Shown: positions 12,035-22,799 of the stretch, one piece after another | How the letters are laid out: every line of letters begins with the position of its first letter | How positions within the stretch are numbered: the stretch's first letter is position 1 | Position numbers and translations under genes: made by a program | Notes under the pieces: generated by a model | Told to the model about the DNA's origin: nothing | What the model saw: only the letters and a program-made list of their open reading frames with translations | Databases searched by the model: none | Origin: Lama guanicoe | Taxonomy: Eukaryota | Direction of reading: 5' to 3' | DNA: 64,000 nucleotides | Assembly: GCA_013239625.1 (NCBI GenBank) | Contig: MU053881.1 | Span: 3,226,001-3,290,000, forward strand

Positions 12035-12408
12035 TGCTGGAGTCTGAATGTTTGTAGTCCCCCCACCCCCACCCCTCCTGCCTAATTCACATGTTGAAAT
12101 TAACCCTCGAGGTGATGCTATAGGAGGTGGGGATTTGGGAGGTGACTGGGCCACGCGGGCAGAACCGTCATGATCAGAATAAGTTTTCTTATAAAAGAGA
12201 CCCCCCCGACAGGGGGTCCCCTCCGCGCGGAGACGTTATAGTGAGGAGTGGCTGTCAGTTGGGAAGCAAGCTCGCACGAGATGTCGAGTCTGCCAGCTCT
12301 GCGATTTGGACTCCCTAGCCTCCAGAACTGTGAGATCTAAATGCCTGTTGTTTGTAAGCCACCCAGTCTATCGCAGTTTCATTATAGCAGCCCCGTTGGG
12401 TTAAGACA
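12035..12408 (+). mobile_element. MaLR LTR (MLT1A-like)
   Basis: CTGAATGTTTGT...CCC...AATTCACATGTTGAAA; ends CTAGCCTCCAGAACTGTGAGA...TAAGCCACCCAGTCTAT...TAAGACA. Confidence 0.8.
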
Positions 12409-12983
12409 GTGCCTAACCCTTAATTGCTGGCTGTGAGTGGGTCCTGCGCTGGGCGCTCCATGAGTGTCACTGTACGTGACCCTCATAAAACCCCAGGGGC
12501 AGGTCCTAATGCTAGTTTCATTTCACAAAGAGCCAGTGGCTTGCCCAAGTTCACCCAATGACTTAGTAGTTTTCCAGGACAAAGTACCTGGGCCAGAAGC
12601 CAAGGATGGGCTGGTTGATTCTGTTTGATGATTTCATTGATTTGAGGTGAGGAATCTTATTCAAAGGGGACTTTAGAGACCACCTCTGTGGGGCAGCTGG
12701 TGGGTGCAGAATATCCAGAAAGATCTATGCATCATGGGGTGCTGATGAGACCGGGGTTCTGAGCCTTAGAAGCGCTTAGTTGAGCCTTAGGGAGAGGCCG
12801 TCCCCTTGTTTTGATGATATTACTAGAGGCATCAAGGAGTAAGTGCTCTCCACTGTTCCCTGTCTGCTTGACTCCTGGGGAGGAGGTGGTCCTCCCGGAA
12901 CAAGACAGGCAGCCAGCTCATTGCCTCTGCCGTGGGGCAGCCGCCACGCTGGGAGCCATGTGTGTCACCCTTGGATGCACATT

Positions 12984-13082
12984 TCTTTCTTTCCTCCTTC
13001 TTTCCTTCCTTCCTTCCTTCCTTTTTATTTCTTTTTTTCTCTTTCTCTTTCTTCCTTCCTTCCTTCCTTCCTTCTTTCTTTC
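12984..13082 (+). repeat. Pyrimidine-rich (TTCC/TTTC)n simple repeat
   Basis: Seen directly; abuts an L1 fragment. Confidence 0.9.
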
Positions 13083-13560
13083 ATGAGTCTGCTTCTTTTT
13101 TGTTTTATTCACCAGTTTGTTATATTTTTTAGATAACACATATAAGTGATATCATACAGTATCTGTCTTTCTCTGATTTTTTTTCTCACTTTGCATAGTG
13201 CCCTCCAAGTCCATCTATGTCACTGCAAATGGCAATATTTCATTCCTTCTTAAGGCTTTCTCTTGGCATTGCTTCTTATTCCACTGTATATATGTATATA
13301 CTGTATCTTCTTATCCAGTCATCAGTTGGTGGACACTTAAGTTGCTTCTGTATCTTGGCAGCTGTAAATACTGCTGCTGTGAACATTGGGGTGTGTGTCT
13401 CTTTTTGAATTAGTGCTTTTGCTTTTTCAGAGGTGTGCTTGGGTGAATATAATCCCACTGGATTGCTGGGTCATACAGTAGTTGTGTGTTTAGTTTTTTG
13501 AGAAACCGCCATGCTGTTTTCCATGGCTGCACCAGTTTACATTCCCACCAGCAGCGGAGG
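13083..13560 (-). mobile_element. L1 3' region fragment
   Basis: ATATAAGTGATATCATACAGTATCTGTCTTTCTCTG...GGCTGCACCAGTTTACATTCCCACCAGCAG. Confidence 0.85.
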
Positions 13561-15925
13561 TTGGAGGCACACTTCTGACGCCAGGGGTCAGCCAACCCTG
13601 CTCTTCCCGTCACCTACTGCATCTCTCGCACTCGGATCTTGGGCCTTTGAGGGCTGCCGACCCTTGGGAGACTGAGGCGGTTCCTCCCTGCTCTGTACAC
13701 GTCGAGGGAGCCCCTCTCCAACGTCACAGTCACCTCTGCTGCAAACATCACTGAGAACAAGCCTTTTATTTCAGCTCCTAGTAAGGAATTTCTGACCAGG
13801 CGACCAGGAAACTTCATTTCCCAGTTGGACAAATTCCAAGAAGGAAAGTGTGGTGTTTTAAAATCTGGAGGTAATGAGAGTCTGGCAAACACCCAGAGGA
13901 GAGGACGGAGGAGTGGGAGCGCTGGAAAGCCGCCTCGCAGCCTCCCTTTCGGAGAGAGGAGACCGATCTCCCAGTCCAAGCCTGGCTCCGCCTCCCACTG
14001 GCTCTGGCCCCCAGGTGAGCCACATAGTCTTTCTGCTCTCAGTTTCCTCTTCTATCGAACGGGGATATCAGTTCCTACCTCGTAAAATTGCTGTGGGGAT
14101 AAAATGGCAACTCACGGAGAACACGGAGCAGAGTGCCTGATAAATACTAAATGCTCAGGAAACATTCGCAGGGCACAATGCCCGTCAAAAATAAAAGGGG
14201 GAGGAGGTGGGGAAATCTTCAGGCTTTGGTGCAGCTCTGACGTTCAGCCAACGCAGCATCAAATCCTAGAGGAAAGATTGTTTTTAGAAGAATCAGCATC
14301 GGACAGAAATAGGCAGGTCTGAGCACCCCGTCCCCCTCCTCTATCCCTCTGTGCTTAAGCTGTGCCTCCCAGCTTTTGGGAATAAGACCGAGGCCATCAC
14401 TGAGCCAGATATGTAACATCTGCTCTTTCAGCCACTGAAGGCTCAGAGGAACCGGAAGCAATCCTGTGTAGGAACTTGCTTGAAGTTCATGCCCATACCT
14501 GAGTCTGGGAGAGGAGCCCAGGAAGGAAATTTTTGGATGCATGAGAAACTTACACTTTAGAAGTCAGCCAAGGGGTGTGTGTGTGTGTGTTGGTGCACGC
14601 GCTTGACTATTTTGTTAGTTACTTATTAATTAATGTATTTAGCAGCAGACACTTACTTTTTAAGTGTCAACTATAGCCAGGTACCTGGAAATTTTCTCAG
14701 AGGAAGATACCCACTTGGATCCAAATGAACAGAGGCAAGGCCGAATTTCCTCTGAAAGACTAATTTAGAATTATGTAGGTCAGGGCCCTAAAGCACTACT
14801 TTACAAAGTACAGATGAAGACATTTCAACTGAAAAACACTCAAAAATTAATTATTTTATTTTTTTCTAATTATAAAAGTGATAGTTACTTATTTCAGAGC
14901 ATTTAGAAAGCAAAAAAAAAAAGTCTAAAACAGAAGTGAATATCACTTGCAGTCTCACTATCACTATTAATATTTTGGTGTTCTTCTTGGTTTCAAGAAG
15001 GAAGCCTACCATTTCCCCTGGGTTTTGAAGGATGAGTAGGAGTTTGCCAGGCATATCCAAGATGGAAAAGCCTTCCAGGAAGAAAGGAAGTGGCATGTGC
15101 GCAGGCCCAGAGACGCAAAAGCACGTGGACATGGCTTGCAAAAGCCAGTGGGAAAGAGACAGGAGGGCCAGAGAGAGGATATTCACTTGGACAGGTTGGC
15201 AGGGACGAGGTCATGGAGAGTCTCACATGTCAGACCAAGGACTTTGTCAAAGGGCTTCAGGAGAGGGGAGTGCCTACTCAGGCAATGTGGAGGATGGGCT
15301 AATACAGGGAAGCCTGGAAGGAGGAGCCAGTGGAGGCTCTGGTTCAAGTCGAGGAGACAATGGTCCAAAAGAATGGACACCCAGACGATGCTCAACCTCA
15401 AAGGGTAAGAAGTAAACTTTGAAAAGTTACCTTAAGATTTTCAGTTCTTACAGAGACAATTGTGTCGTATGTTGGGGAAGGTATGAGGAAATGGGCACTG
15501 GTGCTAGAGTGGAACTTCTTTGGAGGAGAGTCCAGTTACTGTGTGATTTGGGGGAAGGGTTTCAACCTCTTTAAGCTTCAATTTTATTGTGTGAAAAATG
15601 AGGATAATAGTCTTATAATTTCTTTTATAGAGTTGATAAGAGGCTTAAGTGAGCTAATGAATAAATTGCACTTACAATGCCTGGCACGTCAAAATATACG
15701 CTAAATACAGTTAGCTTTCATAATCATCCTGCATCTTCATATCCAACTTGCAAATGCTCGCATCCTAGGACCCAGCTCATCTCATTTCTAGGAACCTCCG
15801 TTAAAGAAATAACATCATAAAATTATAAAGCTTTGCACAAGGATATTCACAACAGAATTTTTTTATAGGAGCAAAAACGTGGGAAAAAACATAAATGTCC
15901 ACTAATAGAAGAATAATTAATAATT

Positions 15926-16027
15926 TAGGGGTATAGCTTACTGGTAGAGCACATGCTTAACATGCATGAGGTCCTGGGTTCAATCCCAGAACCCCCATCA
16001 AAAAAAAAAAAAGCAAAACAAAAAAAT
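15926..16027 (+). mobile_element. tRNA-derived SINE (vic-1-like)
   Basis: GGGGTATAGCTTACTGGTAGAGCACATGCTTAACATGCATGAGGTCCTGGGTTCAATCCC followed by an A-rich tail. Confidence 0.88.
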
Positions 16028-16097
16028 TATAAGAATGAATGTTTCAGAATTCTATGACACTCTTAAGAATAATGAGGAAGATCTTATTAGAACAAAG

Positions 16098-16569
16098 TGT
16101 GTTACAGTTCAGTGTTACAGCAACTGGATCTTGGCAAGAGACCAAGCAGCACTCAGAGAGCTGGAGAACTCAAGTTTATTAAGCCAGCAGGCCTAGAGGA
16201 GTTAACATTCCAGGCTCTGCACCCCATCTGTAGGTTTACACAGGCTTTTATAGGCTACCAGTCAAGAATCTGCAACATCTTGCAACATCATATGCAGAGT
16301 AGGTGTTAGAAATGGACCAATCAGGAGTGATAGAAATGGACCAATCAGGAGCGAGCTTTATGTAAATGAGGTATTAGAAATGGATCAATCAGGAGTGAGC
16401 TTCAGGGACCAACAGAATCTTAGGGGTAAGTTCTGCTTTCCTAGAAGCAAGCGGTTTTACAGAAGCACTAGAGCGAGAGAATATTGCTGGACCAGGGAAC
16501 CGGATGGCACTGGTGGGAAAGTAGTGTCCCTGCCTGTGAGTCCTGCCAGTCTTCATGGGGCTTCCCACA
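16098..16569 (-). mobile_element. ERV solo LTR with tandem CCAAT boxes
   Basis: TG...CA ends; on the minus strand TATAAAA then AATAAA; three repeats of TAGAAATGGA(C/T)CAATCAGGAG. Confidence 0.75.
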
Positions 16570-19498
16570 TCAATCTCTATATATTACCTTTAAAAACATC
16601 CACAGCTTATGTTTTAAGGGGAAATAGGAAAGATTAGAGTATAACATATATATTTCATTTCTATAAAGTCAAATCAAATATACTCGCAGGTGAGCATATA
16701 TGTTTGCAGGAGCATAGACAGTGTCCAGATGAACATAGATCCAGTTACCCCTGGAGATGGTAGTGTTGGGGCTGGGGTTAGGAGAAGGAAGTTATCACTT
16801 TATACACTTCTGCGCCATCTTAGCTTATTCTTATGAGCATGTGTTATTTTGGTAGTAAAAATAAAGAGCTTCTTAGGTCAGAGAAGTTGAGGCATGAAAG
16901 AAGGTGGGGCACGGAGGAGGAGCGTGAGGCAGAGCCTGGACGAAGGCAAAGGATGGGAGAAGCAGGCGCGCATCCAGAATAGGGCAACCTCCGGGGTTCC
17001 ACATGCATCATCTGTCCAGTCGCAAACTCCACTCACACTGGACTCTCTTCAGAGCCACGCTCCCCAGAGCTAAGGAGCTGCGGCCCCAGGGACATCTGCT
17101 GTTTGCTTTCCGCAAAGGTCCGGGTCCCTTCTCCCAGGCCCGTGGGCATGGAGTCCTGGATACTGTTTCCTTGGGGTCAGGAGGCTGGCTCCGTCCCCTC
17201 CCGCGGAGGGAAGCCAGGCTGCGGGAGGGCCTGGTCAGGACCCGAAGGGTAGCTGGCGGCTTCGCCAGGAAGCGCTAACACCCGATGCCGGGCTTCTGCC
17301 GCCCCCTGCCGCATACGGGCTGGCTGACCTCTGGCAAGACCCGGAAACCCTGTAATTGCATCTGTGAAATGGGAGCAACCGAGGTGGTAGTTATTTTACA
17401 GGGTGTTGTGAGCTTACACGAGGTGGTGACAGGGTAAGATGACTGCTCGGTGGCTGTTGGCCATCACTGCCTGGAATGGGGGCTCGCCGGTGGCCTAGTG
17501 GATTTAAATGGTAATTCACGCCCATACTTGCAGCTGACCGCTGGGCATTCGTGTCACAGCAGTGCATTAACCGTTCTCCCCGCCCCCCGCAGCACCTCCA
17601 GTCATTACACCACCTCAAAGTACTCCTTGAGCTCTAGGACAGCAGTTTTCACCCCTGGCTGCACCTCAGAACCTGAGTCCTGGGAGCCCAAAATGCTGAT
17701 TCCCAGGCCACACCCGCATATTGGGAAGCCATTGGTTTCGATGGGGCCTGAGCAACAGGACCGGTGACTATCTCTCCCAGAGATTCTGGGGGTGAAGCCA
17801 GGGTGAGAAATCCCGCCTTACACCCAAACAGGGGTGCCCCATTTCAAGGATGGAGTCCCCTTCCCTCAGACACTCTGTTTCCTAATCTCAACTCCCAGAC
17901 CTGAGAACTGCAGTCCACAGCTGGGCCCTGGTCCAGGCGGCTTTTCGGTCCAGCCGCCTCCTCTTCCTCCCTCCATTTTTCTTTTCTTATTTATTTATTT
18001 TTTTTAAATTTAATTATCAGGCTCTAGCCAGCAGCTGGGGCTTCCTTTGCCCTTTGCTCCCCAGCCCCTCATTGCTCCTGGGAAGCTGGAATTTCCCCTC
18101 GGAAGTGGGATCCAGACCCAGCTTCTCCCACGGTAACAGCACCCTCTTCCTCCTCATCGGGTCATCACTACTGGATTTTCCGACGTGACTCAGCCTTCTT
18201 GGTGAGGAGGCCGTGTTGGAAGGAAATCTTTTGCTTCTTTCGCGTTTCAGTCGCCAGCACCCGCGCCATCCAGGGGGAGAGCTGCCCAGCCCTTAGTCTC
18301 TTGCTTCACCTGTCACCGCTCTACTGGGGAAACGGGTCCCAGGCATCTCCCCTCCTCCAGACCGAAATTATTATTCAGAGTTTGTAACGCGAGGTTACAT
18401 CCTTTGGAATTTCAATAGCATCGACATCTTTGTCTCTATTTTTAGCTTTTCCTTATTTAAAAAAAATTGTTCTCTCAGGCGACCATCTTTCCTGGAGATT
18501 GCACATGATTAAAATACATTTTCATTATGAACGGGAGTAAAAGGAAAGAACTTGCTCTTGATTGCAATCACACACGATGAAACGGTTTCCCACCCCGGGA
18601 AGCTGGCTGGGACGACTCCCCGCACTACTGATGTTTACCAAGCTGGCTTGGGGGCCGTACTGGAAATGGTCTGCCCACCTTTCCCGTTTGGACGTTATTA
18701 CAGAGAAATTAAACGGCAGGAGAAGGAAAGTCATGACTTCCGGCTTGCCACTTGTCCATTTTAACCTTCACCACAAGACCTAAGGTGGGGTTTATTGTCT
18801 CCATCTTACAGATGAGAACACTGAGGCTCAGAGAAGGGATCTGGCTTGTCTCTTAGCAAGAAACAGTAAGAGACAGAGCTAGGACCTGACTGCTGTTCCT
18901 CCCCTGCACAAACCACCCTGAGAAGGACCCCCTGCTTTCAGGATGAAGTCCATGTTCCTTCACTGGGCACCGAAGGGCCCCCACGACTTGGCCCTGAGAA
19001 CCTGGGAGCATCTTCCCCAACTTCCCTTGGTGCACACAACCTTCAGCCACAGTCTCCCTGGTTTCCAAGTCTGTCACATGGACTCTCCCCTGCCCCCGAG
19101 GAGCCCCAATTTTCTTCCTGCCCCGTCTCCTGCCACTGAGAAATTCCTGCTCCCTCAAGCCGTCCCTGCTTGCCAGCTCCCCTCATCCAGCCAGCCGGGC
19201 TCAGGATTCATTGTCCAGGTGTGATTCCAGGTGTGACTGGCCTGCGTCACAGCACTGATAGCCCCGAGGGCGGGAACTGACTCTGGTCTGGTTCTGGCTC
19301 CGCTCTGCCCCGCTGCCACTGGGAATCCGGTACCCTGGAAAATGAGCCCCAGTGGATGACTCCATTCCTGCCTGTCGGACGCCAAACCAGGGCATCTTTC
19401 CAACTTGCTGCAGCTGGAGAGATCACATCTGTCCTTCTCATAGCTTCCTGCACCCTCTTCCGGACTTAGCATCAGAAATCCAGAGACCCACGTTGGCA

Positions 19499-19534
19499 GG
19501 CCTAAGTCCGTTGCCTGGCCTAAGTCCGTTGCCT
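19499..19534 (+). repeat. Perfect 18-bp tandem duplication GGCCTAAGTCCGTTGCCT x2
   Basis: Seen directly. Confidence 0.9.
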
Positions 19535-19535
19535 T

Positions 19536-19550
19536 GCGCCACCTGCCGGC
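19536..19550 (-). promoter_or_regulatory. Candidate CTCF site (GCCGGCAGGTGGCGC)
   Basis: Close match to the CTCF core CCRSYAGRKGGCRS in a locally CpG-retaining patch. Confidence 0.55.
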
Positions 19551-19759
19551 AGCTCCAGGGATCAGCAGGCTCCAGCCGCTCGTCTTGCAGGCAATGCTGC
19601 TGCCTGGCGGCGCTTCTGCGCGCTGCGGCTCTCTCCGCAGAAAGTGAATATAGTTCCCTGTGTTATACGGTAGGTCTTTGTTATTTATCGATTTTATATA
19701 TAGGGATGTGCTTCTGTTAATCCCCAAACCCTAATTTATCCCTCCATGCCCTTTGAATT

Positions 19760-19920
19760 TCTGGTGTCAGAATCATTCAGAGGGATTGTTAAAAGTTGGC
19801 TGGGTCCCCACCTTAGAGTTTCTGATTCAGTATGAGGAGAAAGGCCCTGAGAGGAGGCATTTCTCATTCTCACTGATGCTGTAACTGCTGGTCCAGGTAC
19901 CACGCTGTGAGAACGGTTGC
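19760..19920. mobile_element. MER5A-like hAT-Charlie DNA transposon
   Basis: AGAGTTTCTGATTCAGTA...GGCCCTGAGA...GCATTTCT...TGATGCTG...CTGCTGGTCC...CACGCTGTGAGAAC. Similar copies at ~17640-17810, 21480-21625 and 51280-51935. Confidence 0.7.
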
Positions 19921-20179
19921 TCCTGTTACTGTAATAGGGGACCCCATCTGGCAGTGACCTTGCCGACCCGCCTTTGACCGTTGGGTGCTTATCTGAATAC
20001 TGTACGTTCTGCAAACCTTTTGTTTGCTGCTGTGTATGAAGGAATGTGAATACGTTCTTTTATAAAGCCTTTGAATTCACCAAGTTAGGTTTGTGGTAAG
20101 TGATTTCACTTCTTCAGGACTTTTGCCCCCACCTTTTTAATGAAGAGATGCTCAGAGGAACCCTTGGCGTTATTACAAG

Positions 20180-20699
20180 AGTAATGCAACAAATCTGACT
20201 CCGTATGAGACCTGTTCCTTTGGCTTTAACCCTGTGCCCTGTTTTCTAGGCTTAGTCTTGCTGGCTCTGCACCTTTCGTAAAAACAAAGTTGCCTTTAGC
20301 CTGAAATATACAGGAGAGCCTATTCTCAAGGCTCTGACCTTTAAGGATATTAACACTTTTGCTCCTATAAAGATATCTAGTTGCAGAATGGAAAATAACC
20401 TTTGTTTTCTTAGAGGTTTTATAGGGGCACCATGATCTGACCCTCTTGGACAGCTGTGAGAACAAAGGATTCCTACACCAAGAAGTTTGCAACAATCAAC
20501 CACACCCCCTCCCCCTTTTTAGTATAAAAGGAGCCTGGATTCTGATTTGGGTGAGGTGGTTCTCCAAGACATTAGTCTACCATCTTCTTGGTTTGCCGGC
20601 TTTCCAAATGAAGTCGCTTATTCCTTGCCCCAGCACCTCATCTCCAGATTTACTGGCCTGTTGTGCGGTGAGCAGAATGAGTTTGGACTCGGTAAAACA
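20180..20699 (+). mobile_element. ERV1 solo LTR, MER41-like
   Basis: TATAAAAG at ~20523; 3' end ...GGTGAGCAGAATGAGTTTGGACTCGGTAAAACA resembles artiodactyl MER41-type LTRs as I recall them; inserted in a MIR. Confidence 0.65.
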
Positions 20700-22799
20700 A
20701 GGAGTAATGTATGCAGACGTGAAACCACTTTGAGGATTGTAAAATGCTGTACCAGAGCTAGTTCTAACTATTCCAGTTGATGGAGAGGCCGTGAAGTACA
20801 GTGGAGGACACTTTTTGGAGTTTGACAGGTCTGGACTGAGATGGTGGTTGGATCACCATGTGACATTACACAAGTCAGTCCACCTGTCTGAGCCTCAGAT
20901 CCCATCTCTTTAAAACTGGGCAGACCATGGGCTCCCTGAGTGTGAAACAAGCCCCTGTGAGTTTCATCGCCAATGCTCCTTTTGCTCCAGGAGCTCCAGG
21001 GCCAGTGGTGCCCTGAGTGACAAACCGGCTGGTTCCAGACAAACCCTAGTCACAACTTGGTTGCTCGCGGCCACTTTGCCTCTGGATGCCTGGGGACGCT
21101 GCTCCTTTCCAGCTCTGTTCCCAGAAACTCTCATGGTCCCTGTTCTTTCTGCATCCTGGTGATGACCTCTCTGCACAATGCCAAGTGGATTCTTTTCCAC
21201 AATTGGAAATTGGAAATACAGGGACATGGCTTCAGATCCCCAGCAAGAGCCCAGGTTAAACCCGATGACCATGTGGACCTGTGGCCGGCACCAGCTCTCT
21301 GGGTGCTGGAGCTCTGGCAGTGGACCACATGGACATCCCTGCCCTCAGATGCCTGTTGATCTGTGCCCCTCGGTATGTCCACATTGAACCTAAATGCTTC
21401 CTTGCACTCTGGGGGGGGGGAGTGGTAAATATGCAAATTCATAGAGTATCACAAGCTGATCTGAAATGGACCTGATGGAGCACGGGAGACAGGGCACAGC
21501 CGGAACTTCTCCAGCTGCGATGTTTACATATGCTGTCTCAGTAGGTCCGGGCTGGGCCCTGAGAACTTGCATTTCTAGCAAACCTGGATGTCGCTGGGCT
21601 GTGGACCATACTTTGAACATTGGGGGTTGAAGTGACACCTTCTAGCATTGCTACCCAATGTAACTTTATATTTCTTCAGTTCGCAGTGAAATTCTGAATC
21701 CACAAGGGAAACACTAATTTTCTTAGTGTCCCAGTTGTTTGTAATTTTGGACAGGGCTGTCGGTTTGGGGGTCAGACCTTGGCTCCCATTCTAGTTTTCA
21801 AGCCACCAGATGCAGCCTTGAACTTGCATTTCACTATGGAAGCCCCCGCCTTCTCAGCCGTGAGCAGAGACTTTTCCCACCTCTATCTCGTTTGGGCAAA
21901 ACCCTTCATCGTTAGACAGCTTCAAAGGATGGATTCAGGTGTCTCCCTGTGACCATTTTAATCTGCTATTTTTAGTGAGGTGGTGGGTTATCTCTGGGGA
22001 AGTTGCCAGGGTTCTGAAATCTTACTGCTAGCACTGATATACTGGCGTTTTGAATGCATGGGCAGTGTCGCTAGACAAATACATGATGGGCGACCCCCCC
22101 CAGACTGTTCACTATGTGAACTGCTGTACAGGAAGTACCTTGGTTACAACTCTACGACGTAGACTCAATCATTTTCTCAAATCACCCAAATGAACAAGAC
22201 TGAAGGTCACAGAGGATGTCCGTATCCCAAATACATATATTTAAAAGTGGGTACGACCAAGATTGCATCAGCTCCGTCTGACTCCTAGACCCAAGCTCTT
22301 GGATTTATTTACATAATTTAAGTGACAAACTGAGTTCCAGTAGCGAAACAGATGCAGAGAGATGTGACCAAGAAGGTTAAAATGCTCACAGCTCTTTAAG
22401 AAGTCTGTTCATAAGGCATTTCCCAATCTTGGGTTAATTTATATTTTCTGTGAACCACGGCAAATGCCAGTTCCACATTAGAATCCAACAAACGATATAA
22501 AAGCGGAGTGACCTCACCACCTTGTGCAATGGTGTTAGCCATCCAGATGCAGACTCTCACTCCCGCTGTGGGCACAACTAATGGTCCTGGGGTTGCGCTG
22601 CGTGGGGCTGGTGGGGGGTCTGTGCATCTCTGTGCACGCAGTCTTTGAGAAGGTGGAAGGCTGGTGGCCAGAACTAGAATCTGTTTCCCACGTAAGGTGT
22701 ACTACAGAAACATCTACTAGGAGTTACTGATGGTACCGAGAGATTCAGTTTACATGAAACGTACCATCGGTCGTAACATACAAACTGCATCATCCATTC

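Noticed and set aside
19155..19727. 190-aa minus-strand ORF
   Set aside because: Starts inside an L1 fragment, crosses a tandem duplication and resembles no protein I know.
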